Shown here in pieces: positions 46,109 through 54,027 of a DNA stretch of 54,027 nucleotides. Under the pieces are notes generated by a model that did no database searches, was not told the origin of the DNA, and worked only from the letters and a program-made list of their open reading frames with translations. The DNA is from Blastocatellia bacterium (GTDB lineage Bacteria > Acidobacteriota > Blastocatellia > Chloracidobacteriales > Chloracidobacteriaceae): contig JAIBAN010000056.1 in assembly GCA_019695185.1 (NCBI GenBank), positions 1 to 54,027 on the forward strand, read 5' to 3'. The translations under genes were made by a program, and so were the position numbers. How positions within the stretch are numbered: the stretch's first letter is position 1; each line of letters begins with the position of its first letter.

Positions 46109-46678
46109 TCATTCCTCTTCAAACTCTGTCTCAATCCAGTTGCCGTCCTCGTCATAGTAGCCGTAAATCCCGGCTTCGTGGTCGTTGAGGCCGTAATAGA
46201 CCGTCATGCCGCCATAGCGTTCGCATTCGTAGGGAATATCGAATTTTTCACCCGGATGCAGGAAATCCCCGTCCAGCGGAAGAATCGGCATTGAATCCCA
46301 ATCAATCTCAACCCGGATTCCGTCCACTGCCTCGTTGACCAGCCGGTGGGATAACTGGTCTCCGGTTGGCAGCAAATCGTCCGCCCGGCGACTGTAGCCT
46401 TCCACCGTGCCCTCTTCATCAATCGTGATTTCGGCATAACCGGGAATCTGAAAAGTGAAAAAAGGCAACAGGCTGAACGTCTGTACATTGATGCCGTGCT
46501 GATATGTCGTCAAACAAATACTTTCGTCATGCACGACCGCCAGCCAGACTCCCTGGTTGGTGCGAAACTCCTCTTCCAACCGTTGCCTGATTTTCTGAAT
46601 ATCGTTCAAGGCCCATAATTCAAACCGCCGGACCGTTCCTGGTGTCACGGAAAACTCAAGAACGTAGAAACTTCGCAT
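46109..46678 (-). CDS. Hypothetical protein with acidic C-terminus
   Basis: Start at MRSFYVLEFSVTPG... preceded by AGGAG. No family recognised. Confidence 0.4.
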   Translation of the reverse strand: MRSFYVLEFSVTPGTVRRFELWALNDIQKIRQRLEEEFRTNQGVWLAVVHDESICLTTYQHGINVQTFSLLPFFTFQIPGYAEITIDEEGTVEGYSRRADDLLPTGDQLSHRLVNEAVDGIRVEIDWDSMPILPLDGDFLHPGEKFDIPYECERYGGMTVYYGLNDHEAGIYGYYDEDGNWIETEFEEE

Positions 46679-46867
46679 AGGAAGCTGAACTCCTGTCAGA
46701 AATGTGGGGTGAAGGGGTGGAACCAGGCGACCGAGGGGACGGCATTCGGACCAATTCTCCCTTGTCCGGCAACGCTTGTCCATTCTCTTTTTTCAACGTT
46801 TTGCGGCTTTTCCATCGCGTATGAAGCAACGGAGCCGGGGGCCTGTCCCCAACCGGCCAAGAGTGAC

Positions 46868-46955
46868 CGGTAAATGGTAGATGGGAAATGCCATCCACTT
46901 TTGGTTACGGCAGATGTTCCTTACGGTTCACCAATCGCCATTTACCATTTACCTC
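46868..46955. repeat. TGGTAAA-family inverted short arrays
   Basis: GGTAAATGGTAGATGG ... CCATTTACCATTTACC. The same unit family recurs at ~20481-20533 (GGTGAATGGTAAATGA ... CATTTACCATTCATC). Confidence 0.7.
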
Positions 46956-47016
46956 AAGAGCCCCTAAAATCCGGAATCCGATTCAACTCCCTCAACCTTT
47001 TGACTGATTTTTCACT

Positions 47017-48402
47017 ATGATTTTCGAAAACACACTTTTGCTGCTTAAACTCTATCTGCGTCCGATTGCCGGAATGAGCGACATCATGGACCGGGGCCGG
47101 TTGCTCTTTTTCCTCGGCTTTGTGGTGGTACTGTCAGCCCTGTGGCAATTGGGCATTGCGTCCCGGATTTACCAGAATTTTGAAAAAGTGCCCTACACGG
47201 TAACCCTGCCGGCCCAGATGGATATGGATGATGAAGCTGCTCCACAGGCCGCACCGGCAGCCAGCTATCCGCAAACGCGGACATTTTACCGGCGCGAACC
47301 ACTGCCACTGGTCGGGCAGGTCGGCTGGTGGTTTGTCAGTTTCAAGCCTTTCAGCATTTTTGCCACGTTTGCCGTTTTGGGGTTGCTGTATGTGCCGGGC
47401 ATTATTCTCATCATGACTTTTACCGAACACCTGGGGAGCTTTGATGTCATTTTGCGCCGTGATTACGGGCCGCTACTGGCCTGTACGCTGTCCAGTTGGG
47501 CGGCCTCTCACCTGCCTTTCGCCCTGCTCGGCCTGCTGCTGGATGTAATTTGTCGCAGTGCCGCCGGAGTGCTCAGCCCTCCCATGCAGGCGCTGACCGG
47601 AATGGTCTTTGACCCGGTCAAACTGGCGGCGGCCTTGGCTTTTGTTCTATGGATGGCAGCCACGCTGTACTTTGGCATCCTGATGATTTTCACTCTCCGC
47701 ACGGTTTTTGGCACAACCTGGGGCAAAGCCCTCGTGGTGATTTCCTGCGCCTGGATGTCAATGATTTTCGAAGGTGTCATTCTCATGCTGGCCTCGCCCT
47801 TCATTTTATACTGGGCCTATGTCTATTTCCGGGGAGACATCACTGACATTGACTCGGCGTTTCGCACCCGCCAAAGCCTGCACCATAACCTGGTGGCGGC
47901 CACAGTCAATCCGCACGATGCCGAAGCCCATTATCAACTGGGGCTGATTTACCAACAACGGCGGCAATATACCGAGGCCATCAACCGGTTCAAAAGAGCG
48001 ATTGAAATTGACCCGCGCGAGATTGACGCCCATTTCCAACTGGGTCGAATTGCCCGCGAGCAGGGACGCCTGCAAGAGGCCATCTCGCATTTTGACGCCG
48101 TGGTTTCACTCGACGACAAACATTGTCGCCATGAAATCTGGCGTGAAATCGGAGCCACCTATCTGGCTGCGGGTATGACAGCGGATGCTCTGACGGCACT
48201 GGAACGTTATACCGGACGGCGTGAGTACGACCCGGAAGGGCTGTGTCTGTTTGGCGAAACTCTGGCCAAACTGGGGCAGAAAGAACGTGCCCGGCAGGTT
48301 TTTGAGCATTGTATCGAAGCGGTTCGCACCATGCCCTATTATCGGCGGGGGCAGGTCCGCCGGTGGAGCAAGCTGTCCAAGGAACATTTAGGCAAACTTT
48401 AA
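47017..48402 (+). CDS. Polytopic membrane protein with C-terminal TPR repeats
   Basis: 461 aa. About 5 TM helices, then TPR motifs (AEAHYQLGLIYQQRRQYTEAINRFKRAIEIDP, AHFQLGRIAREQGRLQEAISHFD). Confidence 0.6.
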   Translation: MIFENTLLLLKLYLRPIAGMSDIMDRGRLLFFLGFVVVLSALWQLGIASRIYQNFEKVPYTVTLPAQMDMDDEAAPQAAPAASYPQTRTFYRREPLPLVGQVGWWFVSFKPFSIFATFAVLGLLYVPGIILIMTFTEHLGSFDVILRRDYGPLLACTLSSWAASHLPFALLGLLLDVICRSAAGVLSPPMQALTGMVFDPVKLAAALAFVLWMAATLYFGILMIFTLRTVFGTTWGKALVVISCAWMSMIFEGVILMLASPFILYWAYVYFRGDITDIDSAFRTRQSLHHNLVAATVNPHDAEAHYQLGLIYQQRRQYTEAINRFKRAIEIDPREIDAHFQLGRIAREQGRLQEAISHFDAVVSLDDKHCRHEIWREIGATYLAAGMTADALTALERYTGRREYDPEGLCLFGETLAKLGQKERARQVFEHCIEAVRTMPYYRRGQVRRWSKLSKEHLGKL

Positions 48403-48403
48403 T

Positions 48404-48584
48404 CAGGGTTCAGGGTTCAGGGTCCAGGGTCCAGGGTTTTTTGAATGGATAATTGACAATGGACAATTGACAATGAAAGCCCCATCCAGAGCTTCAAATC
48501 TGCTGATATTCGAAAACCCCGAACCCTGAACCCTGAACCCTGAACCCTGAACCCTGAACCCTGAACCCTGAACCCTGAATCCGA
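48404..48584. repeat. CCTGAAC-family inverted heptamer arrays: (AGGGTTC/AGGGTCC)x5 and (GAACCCT)x9
   Basis: Lies between the TPR-membrane gene and the PP2C phosphatase gene. The spacer itself contains a duplicated ACAATTGACAATG. Confidence 0.85.
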
Positions 48585-48663
48585 AACTTCCGGTTGCAAA
48601 GCCAATCCCCCCATTCTATCTTGCTGGCTTCCAGCGCCAACAACCTTTTCAATCAATCTTCAG

Positions 48664-51117
48664 GTGTTCCGGATTTCTTCCATGTCTTTTGCCCTCTCAA
48701 CAGGTTCTGCCCTTTCCAACCGTATTGCGGTAGGAATCATTCTGATTGGTTTGGTGCTCCTGGTCATTCTGGTACCGCGTGGGTTTCAGGCCCCCCCGCC
48801 AGTTCAACTGACAGCAGCACAGGCCGAGGCTCGGGCCGGAGAATGGTTGCTTAAACTTCGCCCGGTTTCCCAACCTGCGGTCCCCTTGGCAAGATATGCC
48901 ACCTCTCATACCTTTCAGTTACGGCGCTCGATTTTGGACGCCGAATGGGAGTTTGGGTTCTACCTCAAAGAAGAAAAATGGCTGTACCAAATCTATCTGG
49001 AAACGGATGGCAGCCTGCGCAGCTTCCGCGTGTTTCATCTGGTTAAAGCTCCGGAAACTGATTCTCCGGTCCTTTCCAGTGAAATTGCCCTCCAGACAGC
49101 CCGCCAAACCATCGAGACCGCCGGTCTGAGCCGGGTGTTGCTGTCCAAACCACCTGAAATTGACGTAACGGCTTCCGTAGCGGGAAATCCCCGCCGGGTG
49201 GTGCGGTGGGAAACCAATCAACTCAACTGGGATGGAAAACCAAAAAACCTGCAAGTCACTTTTGAAGGTTCGGATTTACAAGCGGTCGAACTGAAAAATC
49301 CCGATCAACTTCCGGAATCGTTCACCCGGCGGCTCTTGATTGGCCTCACTGGCATCATTCTTTTGATTGGCTCCTTTTTGCCGGTTATCTATTCTTTTTT
49401 CCGGGATTTCGGACGGCGCGAGATTGGCTCGCGGGCCTCGCTCGTGCTGAGTCTGGGAACCGTGCTGCTGGCCAACGGGTCTTTGTTCCTGACGCTGATG
49501 GTCATCACCTGGAGTGAGTTGAAGGGACAAACCGCCAAATACCACACCTTTGTCGAAACCCTCATGGCCCCCACGCTGGAGGCCAATTTGCCCTATCCGG
49601 TCTGGGTGATGATTGCCCTGATTGGCATCTTGGGCATCTTTATCACTGTTTTTTTGTTTATCCCGGCCTTTGTTATTTTTAGCGCCACCGAGTCAAATGA
49701 CTGGGCCACTCAGGCCAATTTCCTGACCGATGTTCTGCGGGTTGTTCGCCTCAGAACCCTGGAATGGGTCCGGATTCGGCAGATATATCTGGCCGGCCTG
49801 GCTTTCGGCGTGTTGGTGCTGTTGCTCGAAACGGTTGGGGTCCTCTTGGAGCCCGCCGCTGGTGGCTGGTTACGGTTGCTGTTTTTCTCGCACAACTTCG
49901 CCGTTGGTTTATTTAAGCCGACCGAAATGCTGTTCCTGTTTTTTCTGTGGCAGGCAGTGGTGGGATTTTGGTTGATGCCGCTGTACGGCTCGCTTTTGCG
50001 GATCCGAAATCATCCCCTGGGAGCCGGAATTGTCGTAGTGGCGCTCAGTTGGCTGGTCTTTTTCCTGGTCATCAATCCTTCCCTCAAGGCAGCCAGTGAA
50101 CTTTTGATTCTCTTTGGCTTGACCGCCGTTATGCTCGTCCGGTTTGGCTGGCTGACCACTGCTCTGGGCTGGATGGTTCCCTTTGCCCTCTTCCCTTTGT
50201 TGTGGGCTTGCCGGTTTCCGGGCATGTTTCAGGCCAAAATGCTTTTGGGTCTGCCGTTTTTGGCCATTCCCGCCCTGCTGGGTTTGGTGCGGCAGGTGGC
50301 TCCCCGGACCGGCAAAATCGAAGAATTTGAAATTGCCCCGCCTTTTGTGCGGGAACGTTTCCAGCACGAACGCCGCAAGCAGGAGCTTGACATTAGATGG
50401 TCCATCCATCAAAACCTGATTCCAGCCAATGGGCTGGTGTTACGGGAACGCTCCATTGCTGTCGAATATCTGCACCTGCCTGACCACGGGCGGGAGCTTT
50501 TTTCATTTATCCCGCTGTCCCCCACCAGGTTGGGAATTGCCATTGGAGAGGTCAGTGGGCACGGCATTGAGGCTTCGATGCTCCTGGCCGTCACCATGAC
50601 CACTTTGAAATCAAAAGCCCTGCGCCATCCTGACAGTCCGGCTCAGACGCTTGAAAAAATCAACCGGTTTCTGGCGGAACGACTGCAACAGACCAATTCC
50701 ACCATTCAAATGGTTTATGGAATTGCGGATTTTGAGCACTCCACCTTCACTTTTTGCAACGCCGGATATGTTCCACCCTTGCTCCTGAAAGAAAAACCTG
50801 AGGCCGCCAAAGCCCTCCTCAAACACCTTCAAAAACTCCCTCCCTTGGGAAAAATGGACAACACCATCATCCAGGACCAAATCTGGAAAGCGGCTCCGGG
50901 TGACGCCTTGGTGCTCAACAGTGACTGGATGTGGGATTTATTTGACCCGGAATCAAGTCCGGTCCGCCTGGAAGAAAAACTGTGCGACCAAATCCTGCCC
51001 TTACAGCACCTGCCGGCCCAGGAACTGGTCCGCGCGATTGTGGCGCAAGGTCAAAGCCTCCAAGCGGCCCAGGGGAAAACCCCGATTGAAATTACGGCGG
51101 TATGCGTGCGGTTCTGA
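48664..51117 (+). CDS. Membrane-integral PP2C/SpoIIE-family Ser/Thr phosphatase
   Basis: 817 aa. Ten or more TM helices. C-terminal GIAIGEVSGHGIEASMLLA..., the SpoIIE/RsbU-type phosphatase core. Confidence 0.7.
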   Translation: MFRISSMSFALSTGSALSNRIAVGIILIGLVLLVILVPRGFQAPPPVQLTAAQAEARAGEWLLKLRPVSQPAVPLARYATSHTFQLRRSILDAEWEFGFYLKEEKWLYQIYLETDGSLRSFRVFHLVKAPETDSPVLSSEIALQTARQTIETAGLSRVLLSKPPEIDVTASVAGNPRRVVRWETNQLNWDGKPKNLQVTFEGSDLQAVELKNPDQLPESFTRRLLIGLTGIILLIGSFLPVIYSFFRDFGRREIGSRASLVLSLGTVLLANGSLFLTLMVITWSELKGQTAKYHTFVETLMAPTLEANLPYPVWVMIALIGILGIFITVFLFIPAFVIFSATESNDWATQANFLTDVLRVVRLRTLEWVRIRQIYLAGLAFGVLVLLLETVGVLLEPAAGGWLRLLFFSHNFAVGLFKPTEMLFLFFLWQAVVGFWLMPLYGSLLRIRNHPLGAGIVVVALSWLVFFLVINPSLKAASELLILFGLTAVMLVRFGWLTTALGWMVPFALFPLLWACRFPGMFQAKMLLGLPFLAIPALLGLVRQVAPRTGKIEEFEIAPPFVRERFQHERRKQELDIRWSIHQNLIPANGLVLRERSIAVEYLHLPDHGRELFSFIPLSPTRLGIAIGEVSGHGIEASMLLAVTMTTLKSKALRHPDSPAQTLEKINRFLAERLQQTNSTIQMVYGIADFEHSTFTFCNAGYVPPLLLKEKPEAAKALLKHLQKLPPLGKMDNTIIQDQIWKAAPGDALVLNSDWMWDLFDPESSPVRLEEKLCDQILPLQHLPAQELVRAIVAQGQSLQAAQGKTPIEITAVCVRF

Positions 51118-51120
51118 CTG

Positions 51121-51262
51121 ATTTGCCATTTGCCATTTGCCATTTGCGATTGACCATTTGATTGGTTCAGGCATTTGACTTTGCCCAATGGCCATTACGG
51201 GAAATGCTTTCCAGACTCGCGGCGTTATTCATGGCAAATCGCAAATCGCAAATCGCAAATGG
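51121..51262. repeat. TTGCCAT/ATGGCAA + TTGCGAT/ATCGCAA inverted heptamer arrays between convergent PP2C and fur genes
   Basis: (TTGCCAT)x3 TTGCGAT ... (ATGGCAA)(ATCGCAA)x3. Confidence 0.85.
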
Positions 51263-51264
51263 TT

Positions 51265-51753
51265 TTACTGGTTGCTGCTCTGGCGCTTGGCTTTCTGGCA
51301 ATAGGGCGGAAAATCACCTTCGTTTGCAAAAAATGCGTTGCAGGTGCCAAATAACCGGTGGCTGTGGCTTTGAACGTGGAACCCAAAGGATTTGGCAATT
51401 TCTTCCTGGAGGCGTTCGATTTCGGGGTTGTAAAATTCAATCAGGGCACTGCATTCGGTGCAAATCAGGTGGTCATGATGATCATGTTTATATTCGTGTT
51501 CATAACGGGTTCGACCGTCGTTAAACTCCACCTGCCGGGCCAGACCAGCCTCCACCAACAGGTGCATGGTCCGATAGACAGTGGTAAATCCAACCGATGA
51601 GTCCTTTTGTTTGACCAAATCATACAGTTCCTCGACGCTCAAATGCCGCTCAATGTCGAGAAATACTTCCAGAATCAAATCACGCTGGCTGGTCCGTTTC
51701 AGCTTTTGCTGTTGCAGGTGGCGATGAAAGACTTCCAATTCTTCGCGCATCAT
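51265..51753 (-). CDS. fur: Fur-family metal-responsive transcriptional regulator
   Basis: [16 protein letters not shown] metal-site motif. Winged-helix N-terminal. Confidence 0.85.
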   Translation of the reverse strand: MMREELEVFHRHLQQQKLKRTSQRDLILEVFLDIERHLSVEELYDLVKQKDSSVGFTTVYRTMHLLVEAGLARQVEFNDGRTRYEHEYKHDHHDHLICTECSALIEFYNPEIERLQEEIAKSFGFHVQSHSHRLFGTCNAFFANEGDFPPYCQKAKRQSSNQ

Positions 51754-51970
51754 GAGTCCCTTTTTGTAGTTCTGAGTTTTGGGTTGGAGGTTGGAGGTTG
51801 CATTCCCTTGGTGAAAGCAATTCGCTCAGAAAGATCATTGTTTCACGCTCTGAAAGAACAAAACAAGTCTTTTTGACGGGTTGGAAAGACCGCTGGATTT
51901 TGCCCTGGGAACCTGTTTATGCTGCCCACCAGATATCCTCAAAGCTCAAAACTCAAAACCCAAAACTCTT

Positions 51971-52330
51971 ATGTCACTTGTTCTTGCCGTCGGAAGCGAC
52001 CTGTTTTTCTCCGCCAAAATCAAAGAGGCCGGTGTCCAAACGGGCATCACCATCGAATTCGCCCGCCGGATGGACGAGGTGGTGGCCAAAGCTCAAACTC
52101 TGGGTCCGCAACTGGTGATTCTGGACTTGAACAGTACCCGTTTGGATGCCTTGGAAGTGCTGACTCGGCTGAGAGCCGAAGGAAATCTCTCTTCCCTGCC
52201 GATTCTTGGTTTTTATTCTCATGTCCAGGCTGAACTGCGCCGTGAAGCCCTTGCCCGTGGCTGTACCAGAGTTGTGCCCCGGTCTGAGTTTTCAGCCAAA
52301 CTCCCAATCTTTCTCAGGGCTGAGGACTGA
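51971..52330 (+). CDS. Single-domain receiver (REC)-like protein, possibly atypical
   Basis: Start MSLVLAVGSDLFFSAKIKE.... LVILDLN holds the putative phospho-acceptor Asp. The N-terminal acidic pair is degenerate (GSD). Confidence 0.5.
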   Translation: MSLVLAVGSDLFFSAKIKEAGVQTGITIEFARRMDEVVAKAQTLGPQLVILDLNSTRLDALEVLTRLRAEGNLSSLPILGFYSHVQAELRREALARGCTRVVPRSEFSAKLPIFLRAED

Positions 52331-52419
52331 GGACTGAGGACTGAGGTCCTTTTATTGATGTGGAAAACTCAAAGCAAAGCAGCAGATTCTGCCCACTCAG
52401 TCCTCAGTCCTCAGTCCTG
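52319..52419. repeat. CTGAGGA-family inverted heptamer arrays between convergent REC-like gene and ftsY
   Basis: (CTGAGGA)x4 ... 48 nt ... (TCAGTCC)x3. Confidence 0.85.
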
Positions 52420-52427
52420 GATTCGTC

Positions 52428-54005
52428 CTATTCAAAAAGTCCGTTGACATAATCCTCTGGAGAGAACACCACCAGGTCATCCAACTGTTCGCCTGTCCCG
52501 ACATAACGAATCGGGATTCCCAGTTCCTTGGCAATCGCCACTACAATTCCGCCCTTGGCCGTGCCATCCAGTTTGGTTAAGACCAGCCCGGTCACCGGCA
52601 CGGTTTTGACAAACTGACGGGCCTGCTCCAATCCGTTCTGGCCCGTGGCGGCATCCAGCACGAGCAGGACTTCGTGAGGTGCCTCTGGAACCTCCCGTCC
52701 GGCAATCCGGGACATTTTTTCCAGTTCCTGCATCAGGTTGACCTTGTTATGCAGGCGTCCGGCAGTATCAATAATGACCACATCCACATCGCGGGCTTTG
52801 GCGGCGGAAAGTGAATCATACACCACGGCAGCCGGGTCGGTGCCGGGTTTCTGTTGAATGATATCAATTCCAGTTCGGTTGGCCCAAATGGCCAACTGGT
52901 CCGAGGCTGCTGCGCGAAAAGTGTCCGCTGCACAGACAATCACATCGTTGCCTTCGTTTTTGATGAGATTGGCCAGTTTGGCAATGGTGGTGGTTTTACC
53001 GACCCCGTTGACCCCGACCATCATCATCACATAGGGACGGATGTCGGCGGCCACATCCACTTCGGAACTGACCACTTTGCCAAATTTCTTCATTGGCGGG
53101 GCTTTGAGAATGGTCAACAATTCGTTGCGCAGCAGCCGTTTCAACTCCTCGGCATCATTGATGAGTTTGCGGTCCACCTGACTCCGGATTTGTTCAACCA
53201 AATCAAGCGTAGTCTGAACACCAATGTCAGCCCCAATCAGAATTTCTTCCAAATCATCCATCATTTCAGGGCTGATGGTTTTCTTTCCAAGAAAGAGTGT
53301 GTCGAGGCGTCCGACCAGGTTCTGGCGGGTTCGCTGGACGGCTTTTTTGAACCGATAAAAGAGCTTTTGCTGTTCCTGCTCTTCGGAAACAGCCGGGGGC
53401 AAAGGGGGTGCCGTGAGCGGCGCAGTGGTCCCTGAGCCAGCGTCGGAAAACAATCTTGAGAAAAAGCCGGGTTTGGCGGTCCCTTCCGGAGCCACTGGGG
53501 TCGGCGGCAAGGAAGTCAGCAAACCGGTTTCAGCCGCTGGCGGCAGTGCAACCGCCGGTTCAGGCGGCAAAGCGGCAGGTGGAAGCGATTGCAACGGCAT
53601 GGTGGCCGTGGCGGGTGGATTGGGTTCCACCGCAGGGAGTGGTTTGGTCGTCGAGCGATTAAAAAGACGCCCCCAGAGTCCTTGTTTTTCGACACCGGTA
53701 CTGGTCAGCTCGGTTGTGACCTCAACTGGGGCAGGGGCAATCGGCTCATTGACTGAAACCGGAGCCGGGGGTTCAGGCTCAGGTAATGTTTGCGGTGGAG
53801 CCACCAAAGGGACAGTATGTGTGTAAAGCTCGCTGGCGACCTCAACCGGAGCAGGCGTGGCCGCCGCTGACTCCGTCGGTTTGACTTCGGTTTCTTCCCG
53901 GCCCAAAAACCGGTTCAAAAATCCTGACCCCGATGCAGGGGTTTCGCTTTTCGCCGGTTCGTTTTCAGCCGACTCTTTTTTCTTTCGATTCCAGAATAAA
54001 CCCAT
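52428..54005 (-). CDS. ftsY: Signal recognition particle receptor FtsY
   Basis: C-terminal NG domain with [26 protein letters not shown]. Long Pro/Ala/Glu-rich N-terminal A domain. Confidence 0.9.
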   Translation of the reverse strand: MGLFWNRKKKESAENEPAKSETPASGSGFLNRFLGREETEVKPTESAAATPAPVEVASELYTHTVPLVAPPQTLPEPEPPAPVSVNEPIAPAPVEVTTELTSTGVEKQGLWGRLFNRSTTKPLPAVEPNPPATATMPLQSLPPAALPPEPAVALPPAAETGLLTSLPPTPVAPEGTAKPGFFSRLFSDAGSGTTAPLTAPPLPPAVSEEQEQQKLFYRFKKAVQRTRQNLVGRLDTLFLGKKTISPEMMDDLEEILIGADIGVQTTLDLVEQIRSQVDRKLINDAEELKRLLRNELLTILKAPPMKKFGKVVSSEVDVAADIRPYVMMMVGVNGVGKTTTIAKLANLIKNEGNDVIVCAADTFRAAASDQLAIWANRTGIDIIQQKPGTDPAAVVYDSLSAAKARDVDVVIIDTAGRLHNKVNLMQELEKMSRIAGREVPEAPHEVLLVLDAATGQNGLEQARQFVKTVPVTGLVLTKLDGTAKGGIVVAIAKELGIPIRYVGTGEQLDDLVVFSPEDYVNGLFE

Positions 54006-54027
54006 AACTCAGATGTCTCGCTGCCAC

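Noticed and set aside
1-54027. Search for transposases, integrases, phage genes, tRNAs and rRNAs
   Set aside because: None recognised in any frame.

Overview
This is a 54 kb window of high-GC bacterial chromosome. The gene content (TPR/CHAT proteins, an ECF-sigma/Ser-Thr-kinase pair, many Hanks-type signalling parts) suggests an Acidobacteria-like organism, but that is inference only. I call about 40 protein-coding genes and no rRNA, tRNA, CRISPR or IS elements.

Recognisable genes: tsaD, efp, ftsY, fur, a phzF-family gene, a fructosamine-kinase-family gene, a GNAT acetyltransferase, two Ser/Thr protein kinases (one divergent from an ECF43-like sigma factor), a membrane SpoIIE/PP2C phosphatase, an FhaA-like DUF3662+FHA protein, an Hpt protein, a VIT+VWA protein, a flotillin-like SPFH protein, an SdpI-like protein, a DUF4184 membrane protein, a KimA-like APC transporter, and a glutathionylspermidine-synthase-like ATP-grasp (YgiC/YjfC family) with a candidate DUF1190-like neighbour.

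Main observations:
1. A DedA-rhodanese fusion gene carries an in-frame TGA exactly in the rhodanese catalytic loop, followed by a GC hairpin about 15 nt downstream. Reading through restores a perfect rhodanese C-terminus, so this is a candidate selenocysteine protein (or an active-site nonsense mutation).
2. A ydaO-type c-di-AMP riboswitch, with its own promoter and intrinsic terminator, precedes the KimA-like transporter.
3. A pervasive family of tandem heptanucleotide repeats (units CTGAGGA, CCTGAAC, TTGAGAA, TGGTAAA/ATGGCAA, GAGTTCT and others) sits in many intergenic regions, usually as inverted pairs predicted to form long hairpins. They resemble cyanobacterial STRR heptamers. Positions include between convergent genes, in divergent promoter regions, and across one start codon.
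4. Three tandem paralogous genes encode zinc-ribbon + transmembrane + bPH-like proteins, with apparent gene conversion of the ribbon segment.
5. A three-gene cassette holds a coiled-coil protein, a peptide-ligase-type ATP-grasp, and a membrane protein with a Ser/Gly/Arg-rich tail.

Coordinates for genes use the ORF track (alternative starts computed by codon arithmetic from track ends). Coordinates for RNA elements and repeat arrays were counted by hand and may be off by 1-3 nt.
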